A stretch of DNA of 57,285 nucleotides from Deinococcota bacterium (GTDB lineage: Bacteria; Deinococcota; Deinococci; Deinococcales; Thermaceae). The notes beneath the pieces were generated by a model. It searched no databases, was not told the origin of the DNA, and saw nothing but the letters and a program-made list of their open reading frames with translations. Of the stretch, positions 36,351-47,100 are shown piece by piece (position 1 is the first letter of the stretch; each line of letters starts with the position of its first letter). Where the stretch lies: NCBI GenBank assembly GCA_041695225.1, contig JBGFRI010000050.1, positions 1-57,285 of the forward strand, written 5' to 3'. The translations under genes were made by a program, and so were the position numbers.

Positions 36351-36907
36351 GGGCTTAGTCTAAGTGGTCGATTACATAAATACGATGGCGAGTAGTTCTT
36401 GCTTTCCCGGCTCCAGGCCATCATGAATTAGGTCACCAAACTTTCGACTCAGACCACTAAGCTCTGCCCCCGCTTTCGGACCCAGGCGGGGCGGGCCGCA
36501 CCTCAAGCTGCCCCACCGGCCAAGGATGGGGCACAGCACCAGCATCTTCTTCCGAATTGTTTCGACCTTGAAGGGCTGGTTCACGCTAGTGGCGTGGCTT
36601 AGCAGCATGCTGTCTTGCTGCTCACAGACCAGGCTGGGGGTGAGCGGGCCTGTGCAAACTTACCCGGGCCGATACTGATGCCAGAGGCCACAGCGTTCGA
36701 CGGGGCGCTGCCTTGCAGTATGTGCTTTGTTGCCAAGGGTGCAAGGCGAGCCGGGGCGTGTTCCCCAACTACCGCGACGAACCTGGCCAAGGTGAGCTGG
36801 GCCTCGAGGCTAAGACTGGGCCAGCCGGACGCAGAATGCCTATGGCAGACTAGGCGAGTCGCTTACGCGATTCCGGCAAGGCCGTAACCTAGCGGTAAGC
36901 TAATCAA

Positions 36908-37819
36908 ATGCACTCGTTATATGTCCACTTTGAGCGCAACGGCTGGGCGGCGCTGCGCGCTGCGACCCCGCTGACCCTGACCGAAGACGACCTCGCCGAG
37001 CTGCAAGGGATCAACGAACAGCTCTCGATGGACGAGGTAGTGGCGATCTACCTCCCGCTATCGCGCCTCTTGAACCTCTACATCGCCGCTACCCAGACCC
37101 TACACCGGGCGACCGATACCTTTCTTGGCCGGCCCTCGGCCAAGGTTCCCTACATCATCGGGGTGGCGGGCTCGGTGGCGGTGGGCAAGAGCACCACGGC
37201 GCGCGTCTTGCAGGCGCTCCTCTCGCGCTGGCCGGAGCACCGCAAGGTTGACCTGGTCACCACCGACGGCTTTTTGTATCCCAACGCAGTCCTGGAAGCG
37301 CGTGGCCTGATGAAGCGCAAGGGCTTTCCGGAAAGCTACGACCAGCGGGCCCTGTTGACCTTTGTTGCCGAGGTGAAGTCGGGGAAACCAGAGGTGGCCG
37401 CGCCGGTCTACTCGCACCTGAGCTACGACATCGTCCCCGGTGAAGCTACCCTGGTGCGCCAGCCGGACATTCTGATTTTAGAAGGGCTCAACGTGTTGCA
37501 GGTGGGGGCACGCTTATCGGTCTCGGACTTCTTTGATTTCTCCATCTACCTTGATGCCGATGAGCCCTTGCTCAAATACTGGTATATCCAGCGCTTTTTG
37601 CGCCTGCGTGAGACGGCTTTTAAAAACCCGGCTTCGTACTTTCGGCACTATGCCGAGCTGCCCGAGGCTAGAGCGGTTGAGATTGCAGGTCAGATCTGGG
37701 ACGAGATAAACGGGCGTAACCTGCGCGAAAACATCCTACCAACGCGGGAGCGGGCTACCCTGATCTTGACCAAAGGCGACGGACACCGGATCGAGCGGGT
37801 GCGGCTGCGCAAGCTGTGA
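36908..37819 (+). CDS. coaA: Type I pantothenate kinase
   Basis: [54 protein letters not shown]. Confidence 0.96.
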   Translation: MHSLYVHFERNGWAALRAATPLTLTEDDLAELQGINEQLSMDEVVAIYLPLSRLLNLYIAATQTLHRATDTFLGRPSAKVPYIIGVAGSVAVGKSTTARVLQALLSRWPEHRKVDLVTTDGFLYPNAVLEARGLMKRKGFPESYDQRALLTFVAEVKSGKPEVAAPVYSHLSYDIVPGEATLVRQPDILILEGLNVLQVGARLSVSDFFDFSIYLDADEPLLKYWYIQRFLRLRETAFKNPASYFRHYAELPEARAVEIAGQIWDEINGRNLRENILPTRERATLILTKGDGHRIERVRLRKL

Positions 37820-37940
37820 TAGCGATGTCCAGAGGAGGGTTTATTGGAGAAACCATCAAGCTTCCAGACAGGTTTTACGCTGACCTCGAGCTCGTAGCAT
37901 GCCAGGCCCTCGCTCAAAGTCTCGTCGAGCTGAACCCAGC

Positions 37941-38058
37941 TCACCCCAGACTCCGCTGGTAGGCCAGAGCAGGGGCCAAATGTGCTTCCTGGATACTCCA
38001 CCCCGGCTAAGTCGGCTATGGTACGTGCTACCCGCATGATGCGGTCGTAACTCCTTGC
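37941..38058 (-). pseudogene. 3' fragment of a YifB/ComM Mg-chelatase-like ATPase gene
   Basis: ARSYDRIMRVARTIADLAG, then frameshifted SIQEAHLAPALAYQRSLG*. Confidence 0.75.
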
Positions 38059-38094
38059 AGGGCCTCTACCCGTAGCCTGGCCAGGAAGTATGGA

Positions 38095-38124
38095 TAGCAT
38101 GGCCGAAGATGAAAGGGCCTACTC
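38095..38124. repeat. 30-bp dispersed repeat, copy 1
   Basis: tagcatggccgaagatgaaagggcctactc; 28/30 match to 51222-51251. Confidence 0.8.
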
Positions 38125-38293
38125 CACGGGGTGTGCATAAGCACCGTCTGGCAGTGGGTGTGGTTCTACCGTGGAGAAATTCTACAAAAGGCCGGAGCCT
38201 TTTTGAGTGCGGGTTCAGTACCATACGCACTCACTTCAAGGGCGCGTTATAGATCTTGTTCCGGATGACCAGCCAGGCAACTGGGCTCGCTGG

Positions 38294-38656
38294 TTACTCT
38301 TCGAACTGGGAGGCATCCTCCTCGGTCAGGATACGCTGAAGTACGGTTACCAGCGGCGGGAGATCGCGTACGATGGTATCCCAGATTACCTCGGGCTTGA
38401 CCCTGGGATACTCGTGAGCCAGAAAGTTACGCATATCCCGCATCAGCAGCCAGGGCACCTCCGGGTATCGCGCCTCGACCTCGGGGGGAATGTGACGAGC
38501 GGCCTCACCCATGACGATGAAGTTGTAAGCCACCGCCTCGATAGTCTGGGACTCGGTGAAGAAGCTTTCCGTTGTCATGCCGCTGGTGTATCGCTGGATT
38601 TTGTGCATTGCCTCCAGTATGTCCTCGAGGCGAAGTTTCCACTGTCTAGGCGGCAC
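38294..38656 (-). CDS. HepT-like (DUF86/HEPN) ribonuclease toxin
   Basis: LEDILEA, MGEAARHIP, PEVPW..RNFLAHEY (RX4HXY motif). Confidence 0.9.
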   Translation of the reverse strand: MPPRQWKLRLEDILEAMHKIQRYTSGMTTESFFTESQTIEAVAYNFIVMGEAARHIPPEVEARYPEVPWLLMRDMRNFLAHEYPRVKPEVIWDTIVRDLPPLVTVLQRILTEEDASQFEE

Positions 38657-38945
38657 GAATAGCCTCACGCAAAATTTGCTCTTTGAGTTGCGGCCTGACC
38701 GCATCCCACATGACCAGATCGGTCTTCGCTTCCAGAGCAGTCGCTAGCAGGAGCCTTATCCGGGCCAGATCGAAAAGGGTAGGATGGGCTTCATTCTCAA
38801 ACACAACCAGTACGTCCACATCGCTTTGCGATGTGGCTTCATCGCGAGCAGTTGAACCGAAGAGGTAAAGGGCTTCCACGCCAAAACCTGCCCTGAGTTC
38901 GGGTAGGAGTTTTCTAAGGATGGCTAGGGCCTCGTCGCGCCGCAT
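38646..38945 (-). CDS. MntA-like minimal nucleotidyltransferase antitoxin
   Basis: LFGSTARDEATSQSDVDVLV (GSX10DXD); overlaps the HEPN gene. Confidence 0.9.
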   Translation of the reverse strand: MRRDEALAILRKLLPELRAGFGVEALYLFGSTARDEATSQSDVDVLVVFENEAHPTLFDLARIRLLLATALEAKTDLVMWDAVRPQLKEQILREAIRAA

Positions 38946-39271
38946 CTGGTGTACTGCCTCCAGATGTAAAGTATAAGTGAACTCGTGCGCTATGCGGCCT
39001 ACTCGAGGCGCTGCCGGAGCTGGTCCATCTACTTAAAGCGGCACTGCCTGCTCTACTCTCAGCCCCTCGTGTTCTCGGAGGACTTTCCAGCAGGAGCCAC
39101 TTTGAAGTGGGTGCGGTTTGCGAATCCGTGGCGGAGGGTTTTAGTGGTTCTGATGAAATGGGCTAACGCTGTTCCTGTCGGTGCGCTACATGTCGAGGGA
39201 GGCAGCCCCAAAGCGCAGGCGCCTGGCTAGAACTCTCACCCACCAGATGACAAGGCTCCCAGCTCAAGCCC

Positions 39272-41146
39272 TCAGGCCAGGTGCCGCCTGGCAGCCCGGT
39301 AGGCCACAAAAAGCATTATCAGATTAAATAGCAGTAAGGCTGCGACCACAGTGAAAAACGAGACCGGCTCTTCGGTCTCCATCACCAGGGCCCGCCCACC
39401 CGAGACCGCGTAGGTCATGGGGTTGAGCTGGGCCAGACTGGCCAGCCAGTCGGGCATGGCCTCCAGGGGCACAAAGGCATTGGAGAGGAAGACCGCCGGT
39501 AGGCCGACCAGGCCAGTAATGGTAAAGAAGTGGCCATGGTGCGGCACCCAGAAGGCCAGGCTCAGCGAGGCCGACGCCACCCCGGCCCCCAGCAGCACCG
39601 CTAGCACCAGCAGGCCCAGGACCGCCCACCAGCCTGCGGCAAACTGCACCCCGAACAGCGCCGCGGTGGCCATGATCAGCAGGGTCTGCAGAGCCGCGAC
39701 CACCGTCACAAAGAGGAAGCGGCTGGTGACCAGGGCCATCGGGTGTACCGGCGAGACCAGGAAACGCTCCAAAGCCCCCCGTTCCCGGTCAATCAGTACC
39801 TCCAGGCCGCCCATCAGGGCCACGTTGAAGACCGTCATCATCACGATGCCGGCGGTCATGAAACGCAGGTAGCTGCCCTCGGCCCAGGGGAGCTGGGCAC
39901 CTTCCCACATACTGCCGAACAGCACCAGCCAGATCACCGGCTGCCCCAGCAGAATAGCCTGGTTGAACAGGTCGCGGCGCAGCCGCCACTCCCAGCGCCG
40001 CAGAAAAATAGCGTTGTGGCGGGCGAAGCCGAGCACCCCTGCCAACCAGCCGGGCCCGGGGTTGCCCGGACTGAACGAAGGTCTGCGCTGCGGATGCTCA
40101 GGAGGTTGAGCAGGCTCCAGCGCTGGCGTTTCCGAGACCACCTGCCGGGGGCCATCTTCTTCTACTACTGCGGCAGCCTCCAGCGGGGTGCCGGTCACCG
40201 GGTCGAAGGCCCGGCCGGTGACCCGGGCAAAGACCTGGTCCAGGCTGGGCGAGCGGGTCTCCACCTGGTCGGGTGGGCCGATGGTATTTTCCTGAATGGC
40301 TGCCAGGAGCCGCTCGGAGGCCGATAGCGGGTCGTCTACCGGAACCTGGAACCAGCCCTCGGCTTCATGCACGGTGGCCCCAAACACTTTGTCGAGCTGA
40401 GCTAAAGCCGCCTGGCGGGCCCGGGCCTCGCGCCAGTGCAGGCGTAGTAGCGGGGCTCCGTAGCGCCGCTTGAGCTCGGCTGGGGCGCCCAGGGCCAGCA
40501 GGCGTCCTTTGTCCAAGACCGCCACCCGGTCGCACAGGGCGTCGGCCTCGTCCAGGTAGTGGGTGGTGAGGAGCACGGTAGTCCCGCCGGCCCGCAGCTC
40601 GCGCACCAGGTCCCAGAGCTGGTGCCGGGTGGTCACGTCCAGCGAGGCCGTGGGCTCGTCTAAAATCAACAAGCGGGGCTGGTGGATGGTACCTGCGGCC
40701 AGTTCGAGCCGCTTCTTCATACCCCCCGAGTAGCCCTGTATCAGCCGCCCGGCTGCCTCCTGCAAGCCAAAGCGCTCTAGCTGGGCTTCCACCGCCGCCA
40801 CGGGTTCGGGCACCTCGTAGAGCCGGGCCATCATCAAGAGCAGCTCCCGGCCAGTGAGCAGGGGGTCCAGGGTGGGGGACTGAGGTACCCAGCCGATCTG
40901 CTTGCGCAGGTGGTTACCCCCCTCTTCCAAAAGCTGCCCCGCTACCCGGATAAGGCCCTGGGAGGGGCGCACCAGCCCCAGCAGCATCCGGATGGTGGTG
41001 GTCTTGCCGGCCCCGTTGGGCCCCAGCAGGCCAAAGATCTCCCCGTCTCGGATGCTGAAGGTAAGGTCATCTACCGCGACTTGCGGGCCAAACCGCTTGG
41101 TAAGGCCGCGCACCTCGACCATCAAAGCCTCAGTCACTGGCTGCAC
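39272..41146 (-). CDS. Fused ABC exporter (DrrA-like ATPase plus ABC-2 permease)
   Basis: GPNGAGKTT, YSGGMKKR, LDEPT, Pro-rich linker, then six TM with LSNAFVP..NPMTYAV. Confidence 0.88.
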   Translation of the reverse strand: MQPVTEALMVEVRGLTKRFGPQVAVDDLTFSIRDGEIFGLLGPNGAGKTTTIRMLLGLVRPSQGLIRVAGQLLEEGGNHLRKQIGWVPQSPTLDPLLTGRELLLMMARLYEVPEPVAAVEAQLERFGLQEAAGRLIQGYSGGMKKRLELAAGTIHQPRLLILDEPTASLDVTTRHQLWDLVRELRAGGTTVLLTTHYLDEADALCDRVAVLDKGRLLALGAPAELKRRYGAPLLRLHWREARARQAALAQLDKVFGATVHEAEGWFQVPVDDPLSASERLLAAIQENTIGPPDQVETRSPSLDQVFARVTGRAFDPVTGTPLEAAAVVEEDGPRQVVSETPALEPAQPPEHPQRRPSFSPGNPGPGWLAGVLGFARHNAIFLRRWEWRLRRDLFNQAILLGQPVIWLVLFGSMWEGAQLPWAEGSYLRFMTAGIVMMTVFNVALMGGLEVLIDRERGALERFLVSPVHPMALVTSRFLFVTVVAALQTLLIMATAALFGVQFAAGWWAVLGLLVLAVLLGAGVASASLSLAFWVPHHGHFFTITGLVGLPAVFLSNAFVPLEAMPDWLASLAQLNPMTYAVSGGRALVMETEEPVSFFTVVAALLLFNLIMLFVAYRAARRHLA

Positions 41147-41423
41147 CTTCGATCTCCACCTTCCACTCCTCTACAGTCGGCTCGTTTACAAGGAAGCGCA
41201 GGAGGGCCAACTCCAGGTCGGGCTTCCGGAACTTCTGGAGCCAGCTCCAAAGGCTGAGGTACGGTTGGAAGACGCCCTGGGCATTGAGTCCCAGCAGGAC
41301 CTCGACCATCTCCACCGGGCCTTGCCCGCCCTTTGCCTCACGAGACCAGTCTATCAAGACGCGCCGCCGGCTTCCCCGTCGACAGGCCTGCATGTCGACC
41401 CTTAGTCCTGACAGATCAGGCAT
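41130..41423 (-). CDS. Hypothetical protein, possibly a fragment
   Basis: 97-aa ORF overlapping the ABC gene start; no recognised motif. Confidence 0.3.
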   Translation of the reverse strand: MPDLSGLRVDMQACRRGSRRRVLIDWSREAKGGQGPVEMVEVLLGLNAQGVFQPYLSLWSWLQKFRKPDLELALLRFLVNEPTVEEWKVEIEGAASD

Positions 41424-41666
41424 GATGGACCGGAGTGGAGGGGTTTCGATAAGTTCTCAGGACAAGTGTCCTGATCTGCTTTCTGGCTTGCTACGTTATC
41501 AGCAGTCGCCGTCTCGAGCTTGCGTGGGACTGGAAACAGAACTCCGGTCCGTCGGCGAAGGCGGTGCTGAAGAAATCGGCAAAGTACTATCTAAATAGCT
41601 TGCGCATCAGAGCCGCGACACCAGATGAGGATGGGACAGCAACCGCTTCAGCTAGTGGTGCAGCAC

Positions 41667-42569
41667 TTATACCGCGTCGCTTGAGCGGTCAGTCAATATT
41701 TTTGCCAACACGGCCCCTACCAGCAGAATCCACATGGCCAGGTAAAAGCCAGCCAGGGCCAGCAGGAAACCGCCAATGGGGCCATAAATTAGCTCGTACT
41801 GGGTGCGGGGCAGCAGCAGGGGAAGCCCCAGGCGCATTCCTTCCCAGGCCACAGCTGCTAGAGTGGCGGCAGCAAAAGCCGCCAGCACCCGTGGAGTGGG
41901 AACTGGAAGCAGCATATAGGTGAGGAAAAAAAGCAGAAGAGCGCCCAGAATTGGCACCACCACCTCAACTCCTCCGCGCAGAAAGCCCAGTTCAGCTGGC
42001 AGATAGCGCAGCAGAAAGCCCATAGCCAGGCCCAGCAGGGTCAGCAGAATCAGGCCCAGCCCCAGCAACAACGGAGACAGCAAGCCCAGAACGCGCCCCC
42101 GCATCAAACTCAGTAGCTGTAGCCCCCGTTGGGGCAGCCTGTGCAGGGGGTGTTGGTTCTGCACCACAGGTGCGTTTGAAAGGGCCAGAGGCCGATCAGG
42201 CTGAAGCGAGACTTTTCCAAAAATGATACCCAGAGCATAGGCCAGTGCGGCAAAGAAGTTGCTACTGGCCCACAGCAGAACTAACAGACTGACAAAGGTC
42301 AGGGGGAAAGCTCCACGGGTGAGGAAGTTTACTACCGTCTGGGCAATTTCGGGCTGGGTAGGGAAGAGCAAGACCACCACCTCAATTAGCTGTACCAGCA
42401 CGGCATTACGCAGTTCTTCATTGCCCGAGAGCACAAAGCCGAAGATGCCCGCCAGCAGAATTAGCAGGGGCATCAGGCTGAAGAGGGCATAATAGGCCAG
42501 GGATGCCGAGAAAAAGGGGATGTGCGAGCGGATATAAAGCTGGTAAATCTGGCTGAAAAGCTCCCGCAT
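41667..42569 (-). CDS. YihY/BrkB family membrane protein
   Basis: SASLAYYALFSLMPL, LLWASS, YELIYGPIGG..FYLAMWILLVGA. Confidence 0.88.
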   Translation of the reverse strand: MRELFSQIYQLYIRSHIPFFSASLAYYALFSLMPLLILLAGIFGFVLSGNEELRNAVLVQLIEVVVLLFPTQPEIAQTVVNFLTRGAFPLTFVSLLVLLWASSNFFAALAYALGIIFGKVSLQPDRPLALSNAPVVQNQHPLHRLPQRGLQLLSLMRGRVLGLLSPLLLGLGLILLTLLGLAMGFLLRYLPAELGFLRGGVEVVVPILGALLLFFLTYMLLPVPTPRVLAAFAAATLAAVAWEGMRLGLPLLLPRTQYELIYGPIGGFLLALAGFYLAMWILLVGAVLAKILTDRSSDAV

Positions 42570-42574
42570 GGGGC

Positions 42575-43846
42575 TCAATCCCGCACCTGCCCTTGGCCCA
42601 GGGCCACAAACTTGGTGGTGGTAAGCTCCCTGACACCCATGGGGCCATAGGCGTGCAGCTTGCTGGTGGAGATGCCGATCTCGGCCCCCAGGCCCAGCTG
42701 AAACCCGTCGTTGAAGCGGGGCGAGGCGTTGACCAGCACCAGTGAGGCATCTACCTCGCGCAGAAAGCGCATGGCGTTGGGGTGATGGTTGGTGCAGATG
42801 GCCTCGGTATGGCGGGAGCCATAGCGGGCTATGTGTGCGAGGGCCTCGTCAAGCGAGTCCACCACCTTGACCGTCAGGACCAGATCCAGATACTCGGTAT
42901 GCCAGTCCTGCTCGCTGGCGGCTTTGGCACTGATTACCTGGCGCGTGCGCTCGTCGCCGCGCAGCTCGACCCGGGCCGCGCCCATTGCTTGGGCCATCAT
43001 GGGCAGAAACTGACTGGCAATGGCAGCGTGTACCAGAACTTTCTCGAGGCTATTGCAGGTGCTGGGGCGCTGGGCTTTACCGTTTAGCGCAATTGCTACC
43101 GCACTATCCAGATCGGCGGTCTGGTCAACAAAGAGGTGGTTGACCCCCTCGGCGTGGGCCAGCACCGGCATCCGGGCCTCGCGCTGCACCAGTTGAATGA
43201 GCTCTTTGCCGCCCCTTGGGATGATCAGATCGAGCAAACCGGACAGATGGCACATCTCTACAATTGCCGCCCGGTCGGTGGTGGGAACGAGCTGGATGGC
43301 TTCCTGGGGTAGACCGGCCTCGAGCAAAGCCTCTTGCATTAGCTTCACCAGCGCGTGGTTGGACTGCCAGGCCTCCTTGCCGCCGCGCAGCAGGATGGCG
43401 TTGCCGGCTTTGAGGCTAAGGGCGCTGGCTTCTACGGTGGCGTTAGGGCGCGACTCGTAGATGAAGCCAATTACCCCCAGCGGAACGCGCATCCGGCCTA
43501 CCTGCAGGCCATTGGGCCGAATTTGCAGGCTCTCGATCTCGCCGATGGGTTCGGGCATGGCCGCGACCTGTTTTAGTCCGGTGATCAGATCTTGCAGTAT
43601 CCTGTCGGAAAGGCGCAGGCGGTCAATTTTGGCGCTGGAAAGTCCGGCGGCCTGTGCGGCCTCCAGGTCTTGGAGGTTGGCTGTGCAAAGGGCTTCTTTT
43701 TGGGCCTCGAGTCTGTGCGCCATCGCCAGCAGCGCAGCATTTTTTGCCTCAGGCGAAGCTGCCAACAGACTGTGCCCAGCTTGTTTGGCTGCCATGGCCA
43801 GGGTTTTCAGTTCGGGTAGGGCTACCATCACAACCTCAGTTACCAT
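42575..43846 (-). CDS. proA: Gamma-glutamyl phosphate reductase
   Basis: PLGVIGFIYESRPN, IPRGG, RPSTCNSLE, NASPRFNDG..GAEIGIST.KLHAYGPMG. Confidence 0.96.
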   Translation of the reverse strand: MVTEVVMVALPELKTLAMAAKQAGHSLLAASPEAKNAALLAMAHRLEAQKEALCTANLQDLEAAQAAGLSSAKIDRLRLSDRILQDLITGLKQVAAMPEPIGEIESLQIRPNGLQVGRMRVPLGVIGFIYESRPNATVEASALSLKAGNAILLRGGKEAWQSNHALVKLMQEALLEAGLPQEAIQLVPTTDRAAIVEMCHLSGLLDLIIPRGGKELIQLVQREARMPVLAHAEGVNHLFVDQTADLDSAVAIALNGKAQRPSTCNSLEKVLVHAAIASQFLPMMAQAMGAARVELRGDERTRQVISAKAASEQDWHTEYLDLVLTVKVVDSLDEALAHIARYGSRHTEAICTNHHPNAMRFLREVDASLVLVNASPRFNDGFQLGLGAEIGISTSKLHAYGPMGVRELTTTKFVALGQGQVRD

Positions 43847-43885
43847 CCAGGTTTACCGGCTTTTCCGGCAAAGCCACCACCCAGT

Positions 43886-45025
43886 TTACTTCTCCCCGAT
43901 TTCCGAGGCCAGGGCGAAGTGGTCGCGGTGGATGGCCTCGTCGGTGTTTTTGTAGCCCAGCACGGCCTCAATTTCCCTGGTCTTCCGGCCTTTGATGCGC
44001 CCCAGCTCGGCAGCGCTATAGTTCACCAGGCCCACGCCAATCAGACTCCCCTCGGCATCCAGGCACCGGACCGCCTCGCCCACTCCAAAAGTACCGCGCA
44101 CCTCGCGGATACCTGCCGGAAGTAACGAGGCCCCACCCTGGCGTAGCGCCCGGGCCGCGCCCGCGTCTACCACCACCTCTCCCTGGGGCTTGGGAAGCTG
44201 GTAGAGCCAGAGTTTCTGCCCGCTGTAGCGTCGGTTTCCCCCCGCGAAAAGCGTGCCAACGGTCTCACCGCGCAGGGCCTGGGCGATACTCTCGGGTCTG
44301 GTTCCAGGCAGCAGCAGGGTGGGAATTCCGGCGGCCTGGGCTTTTTCTGCTGCGAGCAGCTTACTGCGCATCCCGCCTGTTCCCACCGGGTTAGGGTCTT
44401 CGCCTGCCAACCGCATCACCAGGGCGTCCACCCGCTCGATATGGTGGATGGGCCTGGCTTCGGGATGGGTGCGGGGGTCGGCGTCGTAAAGGGCCTCGAT
44501 GTCGGAGAGCAGGATCAGTAAATCGGCCCCCACCAGCGAAGCAATCAGGGCCGAGAGCTGGTCGTTGTCGCCAAACTTGATCTCGTCTACCATTACCGTG
44601 TCGTTCTCGTTGATGATGGGGACGATGCCCCATGCCAGCAGGGTCAGAATGGTCTGCCGGGCGTTGAGGTAACGGTGGCGGTGGGCCAGGTCTTCGGCGG
44701 TGAGCAGAATTTGGGCAACCTTCAGGTCGTACCAGCCGAAAGCCTGCTCCCACAGGTACATCAGGGTTGGCTGCCCTACCGCCGCGATAGCCTGCTTGCC
44801 CGGCATGGTTTTGGGTCGCTCGTGGAGGCCCAGTTTGCCCAGCCCTGTCGCCATGGCGCCGGAGGAGACCAGAACCACCTCTCGCCCCTCGCCCCGCAGG
44901 CCGGCGATCTGGTCTGCGATGGCTAGCTGCTGCCGGCGGCCACCGGCCCCGCTCAGCACCGCGCTCCCCACCTTGACCACGATCCGGTGGTGAGTTCTGG
45001 CGCTCAGGGGAAGTCGCCCTTCCAT
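43886..45025 (-). CDS. proB: Glutamate 5-kinase
   Basis: VVKVGS, VSSGA, INENDTV..FGDNDQL, GTGGMRSK, PUA domain. Confidence 0.96.
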   Translation of the reverse strand: MEGRLPLSARTHHRIVVKVGSAVLSGAGGRRQQLAIADQIAGLRGEGREVVLVSSGAMATGLGKLGLHERPKTMPGKQAIAAVGQPTLMYLWEQAFGWYDLKVAQILLTAEDLAHRHRYLNARQTILTLLAWGIVPIINENDTVMVDEIKFGDNDQLSALIASLVGADLLILLSDIEALYDADPRTHPEARPIHHIERVDALVMRLAGEDPNPVGTGGMRSKLLAAEKAQAAGIPTLLLPGTRPESIAQALRGETVGTLFAGGNRRYSGQKLWLYQLPKPQGEVVVDAGAARALRQGGASLLPAGIREVRGTFGVGEAVRCLDAEGSLIGVGLVNYSAAELGRIKGRKTREIEAVLGYKNTDEAIHRDHFALASEIGEK

Positions 45026-45233
45026 ACTTATGGATTATCGTAATGCTTCCGGGGCCATTTCTCACCCGCCGCCAGGCCAGAGGTTTATCCTATCGGCTGT
45101 CCGGATGCATACGGCCTAGCTTGCGGCCCACGGTCAGTGGGGTGAGGCAAAAACTGACTTATACTTTCCACCAGCTAAAGGGCCCGCCATCTCGGGTCAA
45201 CGTCATGCGGGAGGCGTTTACAATGTTGCCGGG

Positions 45234-47054
45234 TTATCCAACCAGTTTCTCCAACTCGTCAACTATATTTTTCAGCACCCCAAAACCATGCTCAACCGGC
45301 TCGGGGCTGTTCATATCTATGCCTGCAATTTTGAGCGCCTCGAGCGGATACACCGAGTCACCCGCTTTTAAAAACTCCATATAACGCCTGGCGGCGGGCT
45401 CACCCTGCTCGAGCACGTCTTTGGCTAGCGCGTTGGCGGCGGCGATTCCGGTGGCGTACTGGTAGACATAAAAAGGGCTGTACAGGTGCGAGAAGTTCAT
45501 CCAGCCCGAGCCCAGCCGTTCCTTGTCCAGCTCCACCTCACCGCCGTAGCCCTCGGCAAAAAGTTCGGCCAAGCGTTCGATCAGGAACGGGGCGGAGATG
45601 GCCCCGCCCTTTTCGATGCGCTGGTAGAGTTCCAGCTCAAAGCGGGCCAGGGTGGGCATCACAAACAGATAGCGGTGGAAGTTGCCAAAAGCTTCTTCCA
45701 GCACAGCAAGCCGGTACTCGGGTGTTTGGGCCTCACGCAGCAGCATAGCCCGGACCATGGCCTGATTAAAGTTCGAGGCCACCTCGGCCAAAAACAGGCT
45801 GTAGCGGGCATAGACTATAGGCTGGGTCTGGCGGGTGAAGTAGCTGTGCATGGAGTGGCCCAGTTCGTGGGCCAGGGTGCTCAGGGAGAAGATGTCGTCT
45901 GACCAGCTCATGAAGATGTAAGGGAAAGTACCCTTGAGACCCGAAGAATAGGCCCCGGCTCGCTTGCCCTGGTTCTGCCCCCAGTCTACCCAGCGCTCCT
46001 CAAACAGGCCCTTGCGCATGGGCTCTACGTACTCGAGCCCCAGCGGCTCCATGCCCCGGCAGATGGTCTCGGCGGCCTCCCAGAAGCTAATCCTGGGGCT
46101 GGTTCCCAGGGGGGCTGGCGAGTCGTAAATTGGGGCGTCGTAGCTGTGGAACCTGCCCCCCATGGCCTTTTTGCGGATGCGCCAGAACCGGTGCCAGGTG
46201 GGCAGGCTGGCCTGGAAAGTAGCGATCAGGTTGTCGTAGACCGTTTTGGGGATATTGTCACCACAGGTGCGGCTAACTGCCAGGGCCATCTCCAGACTGC
46301 TGGGGTAGCCCCTGGTGCGGGCCTGAAAAGCGAAGCTCTTGATACTGCCCTGCAGGGTAGAGGCCAGCGCGTTTTTGAAAGCCAGGTGTCCGTCGGCATA
46401 GGCCTCCCAGGCGGCCTTGCGCACCTGGGGGCTATGGTGCACCAGCAGCTCGCCCACGCTGGTGTGCGAGACCGGAAGCTCTGAACCCTCATGTAAAACC
46501 GGCCTGAACTGCATGTCGGCGTTGGTCGCAGCAGAGGCCGACGCACTATGCCCCCCCAGAGGGTCGGAGACCTCGGCCAGCACAGCCTCTACTTCGCTGC
46601 TACGCACGTGTGGCTTGCGGGACTGGAGCCCATCAAAATAGTGGCGATAGACTGCCAGGCCGGGCTCCTGTTGCATGAAAAGCTCGAGTGTCTCCGGCTC
46701 TATTGCCAGCAGTTCCGGCTCGATATAGGCGCCAGCAGCCGCCAGTCTGGCTAGCACGCCACGGGCCTCGCTCACCATGCTGATATAGGTGGCGTTGGTG
46801 CCCTCGGTAGATAGTTGCAGCGAGGCATACTGGGCTACCTTCATGGCGGCCAGCATCCGGGTCTCGATGGTCTGCAAGGCTTGCAGCATTAGCACGGGCG
46901 ACTCCGATAGCCGTCCGGCAAAAGGCTTAACTTCTTCGATTGAAGCGATGGCGTTTTCCAGCGCTTTGCGCCACTCGTCTTGCGAGGCAAAGAGGGCTTC
47001 GATGTTCCAGGTCTGCTCTCTGGGCAGTTCGGATCGTTTGGGCAGAGTGCTCAT
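45234..47054 (-). CDS. pepF: Oligoendopeptidase F (M3B)
   Basis: GKRAGAYS, TLAHELGHSMHS, AEVAS, FYVYQYATG. Confidence 0.95.
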   Translation of the reverse strand: MSTLPKRSELPREQTWNIEALFASQDEWRKALENAIASIEEVKPFAGRLSESPVLMLQALQTIETRMLAAMKVAQYASLQLSTEGTNATYISMVSEARGVLARLAAAGAYIEPELLAIEPETLELFMQQEPGLAVYRHYFDGLQSRKPHVRSSEVEAVLAEVSDPLGGHSASASAATNADMQFRPVLHEGSELPVSHTSVGELLVHHSPQVRKAAWEAYADGHLAFKNALASTLQGSIKSFAFQARTRGYPSSLEMALAVSRTCGDNIPKTVYDNLIATFQASLPTWHRFWRIRKKAMGGRFHSYDAPIYDSPAPLGTSPRISFWEAAETICRGMEPLGLEYVEPMRKGLFEERWVDWGQNQGKRAGAYSSGLKGTFPYIFMSWSDDIFSLSTLAHELGHSMHSYFTRQTQPIVYARYSLFLAEVASNFNQAMVRAMLLREAQTPEYRLAVLEEAFGNFHRYLFVMPTLARFELELYQRIEKGGAISAPFLIERLAELFAEGYGGEVELDKERLGSGWMNFSHLYSPFYVYQYATGIAAANALAKDVLEQGEPAARRYMEFLKAGDSVYPLEALKIAGIDMNSPEPVEHGFGVLKNIVDELEKLVG

Positions 47055-47100
47055 GCCAATTATTCTTATCTCCCAACTGACCCACTGGTCAGTGGGTTGG

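Noticed and set aside
36372..36887. Short ORFs between coaBC and coaA
   Set aside because: No recognisable motifs; probably non-coding or decayed DNA
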